Shown here piece after piece: positions 11,678-23,070 of a stretch of DNA of 64,000 nucleotides. The stretch lies in assembly GCA_030704615.1 (NCBI GenBank), contig CM060731.1, positions 47,740,001 through 47,804,000 on the forward strand. The letters run 5' to 3'. Positions within the stretch are counted from its first letter, which is position 1, and each line of letters begins with the position of its first letter. Below the pieces are notes generated by a model, which worked only from the letters and a program-made list of their open reading frames with translations, was not told the DNA's origin and searched no databases. A program made the position numbers and the translations under genes. This stretch comes from Takakia lepidozioides (Eukaryota > Plantae > Bryophyta).

Positions 11678-14600
11678 ATGGCTTCCTCTGAAGCGGAGTT
11701 CTTCTCAGACGACAAACCAGTGCCGTTCTCCCAGGAAGTCCTTGACAATGGATTTGCAATTGTTCTGGAACATGTCTTGGCTACCCGTTTTCAGCTGCAG
11801 AATGGCTCCATCTTTTTGGAGAAAGAGGTTTACGATATGAAAGGGAAGTTGGTGAAATATTCTTTCCAAAACCGTGATGAGACGGCTCATATCAGCCAGT
11901 GGAGAGTGCGTCCTGGTCGATACAGAGTACTTGGAGAGCCTCGTAGAAAGTCCCTTGGGTCATATGTGACGCCCGGGACTGCTGCTTCGGTCGTTGAAGA
12001 CAAGAGGGAGGTGGTGGTGAAAAAAGAACAGACTTCCTCCACTCCAATCGTTGAGCTTTCGGATTCTTCCGATGATGACATAAGTGAAATTCCAAATCCA
12101 GTCCTTCCTACTGTGGTTGCAGAAGCTGATGAAGAAGAGATTTGTAGTGTCATTCCAAAATTGCGGGCGATGGGAGGAATGGCTGGATTCAAAAGCGAGT
12201 TGCGGGGAATTGATTGGGAATCTTTGAAGCAGGTGCCTGTGAAGTTCTTGCCGGAGACTTTTGATGGCGATATCCTATTCGAGCTGCCTCCTCCTCCGCG
12301 AGTTGGAGGTGTAACAATCATGATGCATGGAATGGACAAGAAACACGACGGGCACCCGTGGTGCAGAACAAAAACATCCAATATTCAGAATGATGACAAG
12401 CTTGTTTTCAGGAGGACAGTTTGCAATGGACACCTTAGGTGTGATAATTTGAATTGCAGACACTTTCTTCAGTCTGGAGTTCATAATCAAAGCGAATGGG
12501 AGGGTCTGGCGGAGAATCCATTTCAGCCTGGGACTGCACCTCCACCGGCAAACACTTTCGTCTGCAAATTCTGCAAACTTGTGCCATCCTGCGTGGCGCT
12601 CTGCGGAGCAAGAATGTACTATGTTGTCCACCGTTTGAATACAATGACGAGAGCTTGTGTGCATTTTGGATTCCATAACCATCCTGTCTCGAAGGGGGAT
12701 TACAGGGAGAGTGTTGAGACAGTATCGAGGTTGATCAAACAGGAGTTCGGGAGAAACCCATCCGCAACAACATCTGCAATTGCTCTTGGCGCAAGCAAGT
12801 CCTTCTTGGAAAGCCATATTTTGAGTGAAGGAGATTCTGTGGGGACTAAACTTGACGGTGCAGCATTGGACCTGGTCATGGATCATTTCTCCACTTTAAG
12901 TTCACCTAACATTCGGCATCAGATCAATGCATTGAGAATGGGCTCTGGGATCAGAGGCTACATAGACAATATTTTGGAATTGAAACGACTGAGCAAGTAC
13001 GATTACATCCAGGACAATGTATTCCCAGGTCAAGGTGCCATCAAAGTTTTTCTTTTCAAAATGTCGACTGTTGGGGAGGGCAGTGGGGTTAGCCTCGTGA
13101 AGCGGATGCAGAAGACTGGGGACTTGCAGAACTGTTTTCTTATGTTTGATCATGTGAAACGAGTGAAGGATTGGACGACAATGGCTTGTCATGTCTACGA
13201 TCCAGTGTACCAACGAGTTATGACAATTGCAGTTTGTGACATGCAATCCGAGGATACGGAATCCCAGAAGCTCATGTGGAATTCCCTGATACGTGTCATG
13301 GGCTGCCATGGGCTGCCATCTCCAAATTTCGCAGGTTTCATGGCGGATAGTGCTCAAGCAAATTTCAATGCTATTCGTATTGTCTTCGGATCGGGCGACC
13401 CAAAAGTGCCTATGCCAGGAAGAGAGCGTACATGTCTATTCCATTGGACACAATCTCTGGAAAAACATACAAAGTCGGACATCAAACCAGAGATGCAGAC
13501 TCAGCACCGTAAATTGTGCAAAGAGTACAAAGATGCTAGAACAATGAAGGAGGCGGACACTTTGTTCCAGACAATTCGTGCCTGGTGGTTCTCTTCTGGA
13601 GCTGCATCACTTGAGAGTATGAGAGCATTGGAAGATTGGCTGGCGTTTTGGCACTTCCGGTATAGACAGTGGGGAGCAGCCATGACAATGGTACGAGGCT
13701 TCTATTTCATGCTTTATTCATACATTTGCTTTCCATATTTTTGACTCATTGCTTTCTTTATGTTGTTTCCTGTGCACTATTCTGAAGTGTGGTTATCCTC
13801 TTTGCAGAACATGTCCATTGAGGAAATGGCAGACATGCCATCTTGCAATTTGGCAGAAACTGTGCACAATGCATGGTTGCAGCAGTCTGGGAAAAGAGGT
13901 CGGGATTTGTATGTGGCAACAACAGATGATTTGATACGTGCCTTGCAACAACAAACCCGATACCGTGATTTCTTACGAGGTGGGGTTGGTGGCAAGGGTC
14001 CGGACAAATCAGAGTTGATGTTGCGTGCTGCAAACAGATCTGGGGATCCAATCAAGATAGCACGGGCGGTGAGCATGTATGCCCAGGGAACGCCACTTGT
14101 TTCTAGAGTTCCACATCTTGAAGGGGAGGAGAGATTCGGCTCCTGTAAGAGGAAATTGAACACTCCACCTGGTTCGGATTCAGATTCCCACAGGGCAGAC
14201 CGTGATAACTTCTCGAAGCCTCGTGTTCCCCTGCATGACAGCTCCGTGTCCGGAACCTCCATTGTGGAGGAACCTCCAACACGACGGCAAGCTCCAGCAT
14301 CAAACCGTGCCACTGAAATGGTGCAGGAGAGAAACAACCCCCTTGATGTGCTTGAGTCCGCATGCCCCGACCACGTTTGGCACATAGAACGCACAAGTGT
14401 CGGGTCTCGTGTGAAATGTACAGCGATCAGGGCAACTAATTTCGAGAAGTGCACTTCATCTATATCCAGAGGTGGTGCCCGAACTCCTGCTCCGACTTTC
14501 ACGGGCTTGATGCGTCCATACGGTCAACCAGAAGCCAAGAACCACAAGTTCTGGTTCTGCGCAGATGATTGTGCCAGATGTGTGCATGGAACTGTGCGTC

Positions 14601-15193
14601 CTTCCGTAGTGATGAAGCCATCTCCTCCAACCGTTTGGCCCGTGAAGGTGGGAACACATCTCAGCTTTCAGGAGATTGAAATGCTGGAGGAGGCAGGTTT
14701 TTCCCTTGCGAGACAACCCCAACTCCATGCATGTGCTACTATTCCTGCGTCCTCCCGGGTCCCCCCGGCAAATCCTGACTTGTGGCCAACCAAACGAGAT
14801 GGAAAGCTCGTTCGGCGTTTCCCTCCAACCGCTGAACACTTTGGCAAAGTGGAGTCCGCAAGAATGCTCCAAGCTCGTGTCGGAAGCACCACGGAAGTAC
14901 CCGATCCAGGATATGGTCGGGTATTCACAATCATCACTTCCACATCTGCTGTTCATGACAGGACCTACGACATCACGGTTTCCAATTTCCCCAATTGCAC
15001 ATGTCCTGATTTTGTGAATATGCTATCAACCAGTTTGGGCAAGAGAGGTAAATTCATACCCTGCAAACATTTGTATTTCATATTTTTGAGGAGGATGGTT
15101 TGCGATCCCAAACGTGACAACTTCATTCACCAGGCCACTATGAGTTTCAACGAGGTCGATACTCTTTTGCAGCGGGATACAACACATGGGTAG
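11678..15193 (+). CDS. Mutator-family transposase (GCM/WRKY-like Zn domain, DDE core, SWIM), 2 exons (11678-13690, 13808-15193), ~1132 aa, apparently intact
   Basis: Cys/His-rich N-terminal domain ending CVHFGFHNHP; DDE candidates FLMFDH, FMADS and CNLAETVH, with the Mutator CxxH motif CLFHW; C-terminal SWIM CTCPDF...PCKHL; phase-0 GT-AG intron 13691-13807. Confidence 0.88.
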
Positions 15194-15599
15194 CATGAAC
15201 TATGTAATGTGGTATGTGGATGACCATGATTTGAAATGTGTAATTCACATCAATTCGTCGGCTGTGCAATGATATGGCCTCCAACTATACGGAGTGAGGT
15301 CTGAGTGACAACTTTTAGGTAGTGCACATTTGTCATTGCACCTTTCGAAGTCTACATGTCTTGCTGTCGCTATGCACTACAATCATCTTTTGAAGATGAT
15401 CATAACTCTCATTGTTATTTGAGGAGGGAAGAAGTCTTCTCGTGGCAGCCTTTATGGCGCACACTTTGTGAGGATATTTTGTCGTCTTCGTAATTGTAAA
15501 AGTGAAACAAACATTTGTAATTGCACAATGTTGGATGCTGCAATTGTAGGCCTCAACGCTCGTCTTGATTCTATTTAGGCAAGATTCCCTGCATTAATT

Positions 15600-15843
15600 C
15601 CACGGTCATAGGACCATCCACGGTTATAGGCGGCGCATGTTAATGCTGACGTGGCAGTTGACGGACAGTGCCACGTCATCATTTACCGCCACATCAGCAT
15701 GCTGACATGACGCTCACGCCACGTCAGCATGTGTGCAGGCTCACGTCACGTCAGCTGGCGTGAGCGTACGCTCACGCCACGTCACTCCTGCGTGAGCGTA
15801 CGCTCGCGCGCTCACGTGCAACGCTCACGCCATTGCGTCGTTG
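15600..15843. repeat. Right terminal and subterminal region of MULE copy 1
   Basis: Repeated GCTCACG/CGTGAGC and ACGTCA motifs; CCACGGTnATAGG twice (~15600-15630), also found in copy 2 at ~52012. Confidence 0.8.
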
Positions 15844-16265
15844 TTCTCCAAGATGTATGCTGGAGATACAGCTTGATGAAGCTGCAAGTGGCGCAAAACC
15901 CGCACCATCTCCCAAAACAGACCCGACCTCGAGTCTCACAATCCATTGCCATGCCCTGCTGATGAATACCCTTGGCAGGGCCAACCTGCCACTACCAAAT
16001 CAATGAAGCCAACCCGCTCCAAATCCTGCACCCCCAGCAAAGAGATATCTGCTGGCAAGGCCTACTGATATCCACGAACCGCAGACACCGGCAACAACTC
16101 AGGGTACTGCTGCACCAACTGAGCAATATGACGGAGTGAGATGCGTCGTGTAGTCTCATCCCTCTCTACATACAGGTAACGCCGAACTCGTATACCTGCC
16201 TGTAACACAGCAGCCAATCCGGTGCTGATCCCGCCAAACAAATCCAGAAGACAAATGCCTTCATC
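15844..16265 (-). pseudogene. C5 cytosine DNA methyltransferase, N-terminal half (DNMT3-like), within the Gypsy polyprotein
   Basis: Manual translation: GICLLDLFGGISTGLAAVLQAGIRVRRYLYVERD...DIS...IDLVVAGWPCQGYSSAG.G.GL*DSRSGLFWEMVRVL...AYILEN. Motif I (F at 16236-16238), motif IV PCQ (15972-15980) and motif VI are in one frame; two premature stops. Confidence 0.9.
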
Positions 16266-16588
16266 CGGATACTACCACACAATAGGTGTGGTGTCCAATG
16301 GAGACAACTGAGGTGGTCCTGGTGCAATCCCTGCACTCTCTTCCTCTCCTGACAATACAAAAGCCTCCACCCAGGCTTGTTGCACCCGTCGATCAGCATC
16401 CCGCTGCAAATCCTTGCTCGTGCCCCACAATGGAGTCTAAGCAACCATGGTAGGCAACTCCGCCATACCATACATGTCATCCTGCTCTCCCGGAGGTGGC
16501 ACATCCTCTGAATGACGTTGCCCTTAAGCAACTCTCCAGGCCAACTCACTGCCGCTGTGAATGCTGCTAGTGTCGGCATCTTGCCTCG

Positions 16589-17164
16589 CTAGGCAACCGC
16601 AACTCCTCCTATGAACGTCACAGGGAGCTGCACACGCCGGCCCTCCACTGACTGCCATGCAGACCTATAGGAAGCTGACTCCTCCCAAAAATCCAGGGTG
16701 AAGCCCATGGGGTACAATACTGCCCCACCAACCAGGACATCGTACGAGACCGCTTCTGTCACAATGGCCTTGGCTCGCATCACTGAGCCATATGTAGGAT
16801 GATCCGGCCATAGTCTGATAGCCAACTCACGCCGTGTCATGCCCCGAGCCTGCTCCGATCCTCCCAGAGACGTCTGTATCTATAAAGGACAAGGCTCCAT
16901 ATCCGCCTCCGTGAGGCCCAAGCCTGCAATAGCAGCTCTGCCCAGCATCAATGGCTGAGCTCCCGAGTCCAACAAGACCCGCAGTGGCCGGTATCTCTTG
17001 TCTGCCGGTCCACTCAAACAGAAAATGTCATCCTGGTTGTCTAACATGACAACTCCAGGTGTCACCATGGCGCGCTCAATGGCTGGCCTAGTTGGCAGCT
17101 CCATCAACCTGGCAGCTGCAGCTTGCCATGGCGCCGCCGTGGCAGTCTTGACCCTCAAATCCAA
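16589..17164 (-). pseudogene. Retroviral-type aspartic protease (disrupted)
   Basis: VLLDSGA active site (D at 16967-16969) and downstream YDVLVG motif; one in-frame stop. Confidence 0.8.
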
Positions 17165-17178
17165 GGATCCCTCCGGTA

Positions 17179-18989
17179 CTACACCTTAACCTCCCCACTC
17201 TCACATAGTGTAGCTGCCAGCCTGAACACCTCAGCTGGTCTTACCCCCGGCGTCGCAATCATGGTAGCCGAGAACAATGGAGCCTGACACACAGATGTGG
17301 CCGCTCCTAGCAGCACATTAGCTGCCGTAGCCTTGGCAACACTAGGTAGTGGTGCTACCCGTGTAGCTCTCCCCAATGGCATAGTAACCTCCGCCTCCGT
17401 AATAGTCGGGCGAGAACTAGGTGCCATGGATGGCGTCGACACTGTCTCCGCCAATGTAAATGACTGAGAAAGCCTAGCCTGACGGCTTGCCTCCCTACGC
17501 TGTGGATCCAACTCCATCTCTGCACCTCGTGGCTCAGGAATTCGTGCTGCTCCTCGAGTCACGGCTGCAGCAGACTCCACCTGCACTAGTGGTAGTGTTG
17601 CTCCGCACATGAATCCCATGCCTCCCATATCTCCTCCCTCAGGAGCAGGAGGTGGACCATCCGGCCTTGGAGCCGGTACCACCTGAGCTGTAGCCATGGC
17701 AGCAAGCCTCTGCTCTAGCTGCTGAAACCGGTTGGCCATGCCTTGGTCAACACCCTAACCTCCGCGTCCTTGGCCATGTTGATCTTGCCCTTGGCCTGCA
17801 CCTCGTGCCTGGCCTTGTCCTCTCTAGGCTGCTCCACCTCGCCCCCGGCCACCATTGTTCCCTTGGAACTGGCCTGAGCGCAACTCAGGATGCAAACCAT
17901 AACACTGGGCTTCTCCATGCCCGTACTTGCCACAATGCCCACACTGCAACTGTGCAGGCTGTGCATGTGCCGGCTCTTTGCCTCCCTCTGGGCAATCCTT
18001 CTTGACATGGGGTCCTCCACATGTCCAGCACACCACATCCGCCCATTGTTGGCCAACAAATGAATGGAGAGACCCCTGCATCTGAGGTCCTCTCTGCCCT
18101 TCCCTGAGCTTCACCTGAGCCCCCTTGTTGCCTTGAGCACATTGAGGTAGTGGTTGGCTAGGAGCATCACTACCCCGTGGTGTCTCCTTAGCAAATCCCA
18201 CCATGACCACTCGTTCTTCCACCATGTTGAGCTCTATCCGCTCTGCCAGCAAAAACACATTTGCTAAGGTGGGTTGGGCCGCTTGTAGGAGAGTTGCATC
18301 CCGCACCCTTCTCGTCAGCTCCTTGTCCAACATCCCATACCAGAATTGGACTGCCTGAGCTTCCGTAATCCCTTGGGTTACATTTATCAAGCGCCTCATG
18401 CGAGTGAAAGCCTCCCTCAAGCTCTCAGTAGGCTTCCGTTGGAACTCTTGCAAGCTCCGCAACTTCTCTGTCCTCACCCCCTTGGTAGTTCCCTCTCAAC
18501 TCTTCGAAGAACTCCACAACAGGGTTGAAGGCAGGCACGGGTACTGGTGCTGGTGCGGTAGTGGCTTGGGTGGACGTCGTAGCTATGGTACCACCAGTCC
18601 TACTAGTCCCACTGCTGCTTGCTGAAGCTGCCGGTGCAGCGGCAGGTGTAGCCACTGCCCTCGTGACTCTAGTGCCCCTAGTGATGGAGACATAGTCGGG
18701 TGACCGGTACATCATCCACTCCTCGATCTCAACCTCATGCCCCCGCCTGAACTCATGGTAATCATCCATAGGCGGCCCCTCAAGGTGCTGAAACGGCCCT
18801 TCCATGCCATGAAAGGCGTAAATAGTTGTGGATTGCGCATTTGCTGCAAATCACACCAACTATCAAACTCTTGGATAAAATCATCCAACTCGATGGTGCC
18901 CACCGCCCCAGAGTACCTTCATGGCCCCTTGGTAGCTCCATACATCTCCTCCATTGTGTCCCACAACAATGGCAAGAAACAACTTGCAC
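17179..18989 (-). pseudogene. Gag (disrupted)
   Basis: Retrotransposon gag-like LQEFQRKPTESLREAFTRM and two zinc knuckles CWTCGGPHVKKDC and CGHCGKYGHGEAQC; frameshifts. Confidence 0.8.
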
Positions 18990-19859
18990 CGCCGGTATGA
19001 GTCCTCCTGATTCACAATCCGAATCAAACCTTCCGTAGAAGACACAGGAGGTGAAGGTGGCTTAAACCGCACACCTCGTCTCGTGTACCTACTAGTATTG
19101 CTAGTGCTCGAACCGGCACTGTCCCCAGCAACTAGTGGCACCTCCGTGTTGACAAACTGTCACTCAACCGGTCATGAACATGTCCCTAACCCCCTCTCCA
19201 CAAGGTAACCGAGTAGAGAACCTGTTGCGGCTTATGGTTTGGAATACTAGGTTCCTAACATAGCCTACACCTGTACCTACATCCACCGCAAGCACTCCTA
19301 TGGTTGGCTGGTCATCACCTCCAACCTCACCACAGGAGAAACAATGATGGTCTGACTGGTCATCACCCCAGCCTCACCATCGACAGCATGCTCTAGGACT
19401 GGCCGGTGATAAAATCCGGACCAATCACCTATAAAAACAAGCGCCCGCACAAAACTAGCATGACGCACAGTCAAGCATGCAGGTATGGAGGGGATCCAAA
19501 CACAAGAAATCAGAACGACAACTCCCCCACACCAAAAAACAACTCCACGGTGTTGCTTCTGCAAGGACACCCCAGCCCAAACCCGGACTGACTCTTGCCT
19601 CCACCTACGGAAAGGTCTTGGCCTTGGCCTAATGAGAGGGTGGAAACTACGAGGAAGAGAAGCTAAAGCAATGCCTAACCCCAACATGCCCTCATCCCAA
19701 CACTCTTCCTCTCCTCACTTCCCTCACTTGCATGACCATATCATGAAGATATTCCTCAAATCGCCCTCCACGAGCTTCAAAATTTGGCCTTCAAGACCAC
19801 ATGTCAGTCCTTAGGCAGTCCACCAGTGCCTCCACGAGTCAGCACAGGCTGTCCACAGG

Positions 19860-20600
19860 TCAACACGGGCCACCACAGACCAGCACAGGCCCACACAGAT
19901 CAATGGTCACAGCCATCACAGCCCCACACAGGCCACAGCCCATCACAACCCCAAAGGCCACATGTCACAACCTGTCACAGCCCCCACGGCCACAGGTCAC
20001 AACCCATCACAACCCCAAAGGCCACAAGCACAGCCTGTCACAGCCCTACAAAGCTCACAGGGTCACAGCCCCAAAGGCCATAGCCTGTCACAGCCCGCCA
20101 CAGCCCATCACAGCCTATCACAGCCCATCACAGTTCGCCACAGCCTGTCACAGCCCATCACAGCCCCACAGGCCACAGGGCACAGCCTGTCACAGCCCCT
20201 CATAGCCCGTCACAGCCCCACAGGCCACAGGCCACAGCCTATCACAGCCCCTCACAGCTCGCCACAGCTTGTCACAGCCCCACAGGCCACAGGGCACAGC
20301 CTGTCACAACCCCTCATAGCCCGTCAGAGCCCCACAGGCCACAGGGCACAGCCTGTCATAGCCCCTCACAGCCCATCACAGTGCCACAGGCCACTGGGCA
20401 CAGCCTGTCACAGCCCCTCACAGCCCCACAGGCCACTGGGCACAGCCTGTCATAGCCCCTCATAGCCCGTCACAGCCCCACACGCCACTGGGCACAGCCT
20501 GTCACAGCCCCTCAGAGCTCGTCACAGCCCCACAGGCCACAGGGCACAGCCCATCACAGCCCATCACAGCCCGTCACAGCCCCACAAGCCACTCATGACA
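19860..20600. repeat. Minisatellite of ~10-nt CACAGCC-based units upstream of gag
   Basis: Dozens of GTCACAGCCC / CACAGGCCAC variants in higher-order blocks. Confidence 0.9.
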
Positions 20601-21019
20601 GTTTAGCCATTTCTCCAAGGGGTTTAGCCACGCCAAGCTAGGGTTTGTGTCTCTTGGACTCTAGGCTTCTTTGCACCGAGCTATGGCGGTTGTGAAGAAA
20701 TCAGCAAGGTATTCTTGCTCTTTCGGCTCCCACACACCACCAATAGTAGTCCTAAGCCACGAGGAAGATGGTTGCCACAAACCAAGCCTTCTTTCTCACT
20801 TAGACTCCCCAAACACGCCACTAAACTCAATGGCAAACAACCAAGCCTTGCTGGTTTCCAGCCCTTATGAGCACTCATTCAAGCGTTTCCCTTGGCCATA
20901 GCATCTGTCTTAGAGCCTATTCCAGCCCCCTACACCTGCCACTTCAAGAGCCATGCTCTATCCAGGCTTGAGGTTGAAACCCCAACTCAGAACACGCTCT
21001 ACAAGTGTCGGACTGTCAC

Positions 21020-21440
21020 ATAAGAGCAAATCAGCCCCTTACCTTCTCTTCTAGTTCTCTAAAGCTTGAAAACAAAAGCCCAATGGACTGAAGGCATGCT
21101 CCACACATGCCCCACTCTCACCACCAGAGAATCAGCCCCTTTGCTTTCTTTCTTGCACCCACCAACCTGAAAATACACGCTTCAGCGGGCTGGAAGCATG
21201 CTCCACACATGCCCAACAGGGAAACCAGCCCCTTCCTTCATTTCTTGCACTCCCAAACCTGAAAGTACAAGCCTTCAACAGGCTGAAAGCATGCTCCACA
21301 CATGCATTGCTCTCACATAAGGGAAGTCAGCCATTCCCTCTTCCTTGCTTGCCCTCCAAGCTTGAAGATGGAAGCTTCAATGAGCTGAATACATGCTCCA
21401 CACATGCAACCTCTTCACACAAGAGGTATCAGCCCCCTAT
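21020..21440. repeat. Four degenerate ~100-bp tandem units with core GCATGCTCCACACATGC
   Basis: Core at ~21095, 21197, 21289 and 21393, each linked to a TCAGCCCC-like motif. Confidence 0.75.
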
Positions 21441-22829
21441 CTTGGCTCCTTAGCTCCTTGATGCTCTCTAAGACAAGACTAAGCACTCCACAGCCCTTGC
21501 CAAGCTCCTGAAACCCTAAGGCTTATATTTCCAGCCACAAGACACTCCTCTTGTGGTGCAAGAGCTCTTCTTCCAAGCTCTGAAACCCTAGGTGCACATT
21601 CCATGGTCTTGCCGCACCTCTTAGCTCCTGTTCCAGCCCTGCTCTTGCCATGACAAGAGCCCTCTCAATGTTGAACCTCGAGATTGAAACCCAATCTCAA
21701 CATACTCCATAAAGTGCACTGATTCGCCCCAAGCCAAATCAGCCCTTTCGCTTGGTCTTGCAATCCTGCAGCATGGTGCTTTCATCTCTGAAGCTGAAGA
21801 TCGAATGTCAAGGTCTACCACCTCGTAACCCACATCGCCTCCGCTTCTAACAACCAAGAGCTCTACGGTGCTCCTTGCATAACAACCTGGTTTCTCAAAG
21901 CTACTTTTGAGGAGGGGATGCTCATACACCACAAAATATGAGAGGAGAGACAGCCAGACCCATCCTGATCAGACAGTCGATTAAAGTTGCAAATAAGGAC
22001 TTATACATGACAGATTAACTGCTAGATCATGTCACTTGCATCAGGACAGACCTGGAAATCTAAGACATCTACATTTATGACGATTAATTAGCTGGACATC
22101 ACCTAATCTACTCTTGCGAGCTAGTGGGCAGTCAGTTATGGGCACAGACAGCAAATGACACAGTATCTGCAAGCACTGGCTCTCAGATAAATTGAGAGCT
22201 ATGTACATCGATCTGGAGAAATAGTACTGATAAGGCCCCTTTACACTCTAGAGACGCCAACTTGCCGACCGAGCAAGAGAACCCGATCATATCAAAGAAA
22301 TGAAATGAAATGAAATGAAACGATGTAGAATGGAAGGACCAACGCTACAAAGAGAGCTCTAGATGGATCGAACTGTAGTACGAGAGGGCACCAACTTCAT
22401 AGATCTCGGACATCCGGGCTGGTGCCGAGGATCGTCCCTCTTATTATTAGTAAGTTAAAAACCAACAAAACACTTCCTTCACGAGAATGAATTAAGCAAC
22501 CATTTATAAAGTTAGTCATCGCACAAGAGGGCTGTGTGTATGAATGCCTGTGCATTGGCCTTTGCGTCTGGGGTTCAATCCCCTGTGCTGCCTTCATGCT
22601 GCTGTCCCAGAAAGGGGGCTAGTTCCCCCTCAACTTGGCCAAGTATAAGCTGTGGCTCGGGATTGCTTGGAAAAGTAAAACCGTCCATCCCCAGATTCAC
22701 TTGAAGAAACTTGAGTGTCATTCAATTGTTGAGTTTGGAGCTCCAGGATTTACAGATCACTGCCCGGAGCTACACATTGTAGCCCCATTATAGTCCAATT
22801 GGAAGCGATAGAGCCATGAGTTGTCCCCA

Positions 22830-23070
22830 ACGCAAAGGGTGTCACTTCTGGGCGCTCCCATCGCCGCCATTGAAGTAGTCACGCCCTGTCTATGAATGCA
22901 AAGTCCAATCAAGGCGGTACGTGAATTTGAGTTGTCGTCGGAAATGCTTAAGAAATGCATTGTACGAGGATTGTACGCCGGTTTCAAAATTGGATCCTGG
23001 GCTGTGGACTGTAAGGTTCAGTGAGATTCTAGCTGTCCTTGACGATGGCTCTATCAAGACACCCATGGAT
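22830..23070 (-). repeat. Dispersed repeat, inverted homolog of ~63575-63810
   Basis: Shared ACAACTCAAATTCACGTACCGCCTTGATTGGACTTTGCATTCATAGACAGGGC and flanks. Confidence 0.75.

Larger units (their letters stand above)
4480..15843 (+). mobile_element. Mutator-like (MULE) DNA transposon, copy 1, 11,364 bp, carrying a ParB-methyltransferase cargo gene
   Basis: 10-bp TSD TTCTCCAAGA at 4470-4479 and 15844-15853. Imperfect TIRs CAGGGATGCCTCGGCGTGAGC vs (reverse complement) CAACGACGCAATGGCGTGAGC. Removing the element restores ...AYILENVP... of the DNMT. Internal transposase present. Confidence 0.92.
517..18989 (-). mobile_element. Decayed Ty3/Gypsy LTR retrotransposon, internal region (gag-PR-DNMT-RT-RH-INT-PHD), split by a DNA transposon at 4480-15843
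   Basis: Collinear minus-strand fragments: Gag with CCHC knuckles, protease LLDSGA, C5-MTase motifs, RT ([15 protein letters not shown]), RNase H (LHTDWS, TDHQPLKWL), integrase (LDFAGP, TDQGREF, GLAER), PHD. Many stops and frameshifts. LTRs not securely located. Confidence 0.9.

Noticed and set aside
11887-14956. Long minus-strand ORFs overlapping the transposase (likewise within 48.3-51.7 kb and 56-60.5 kb)
   Set aside because: Antisense shadows of real coding sequence, with no recognisable motifs.
19784-20465. His/Ser/Pro/Gln-rich ORFs
   Set aside because: By-products of the CACAGCC minisatellite, open in several frames.
22500-22595. tRNA gene (GGGGTTCAATCCCC T-arm-like hairpin)
   Set aside because: No convincing acceptor stem, D-arm or anticodon arm; at most SINE- or LTR-derived.
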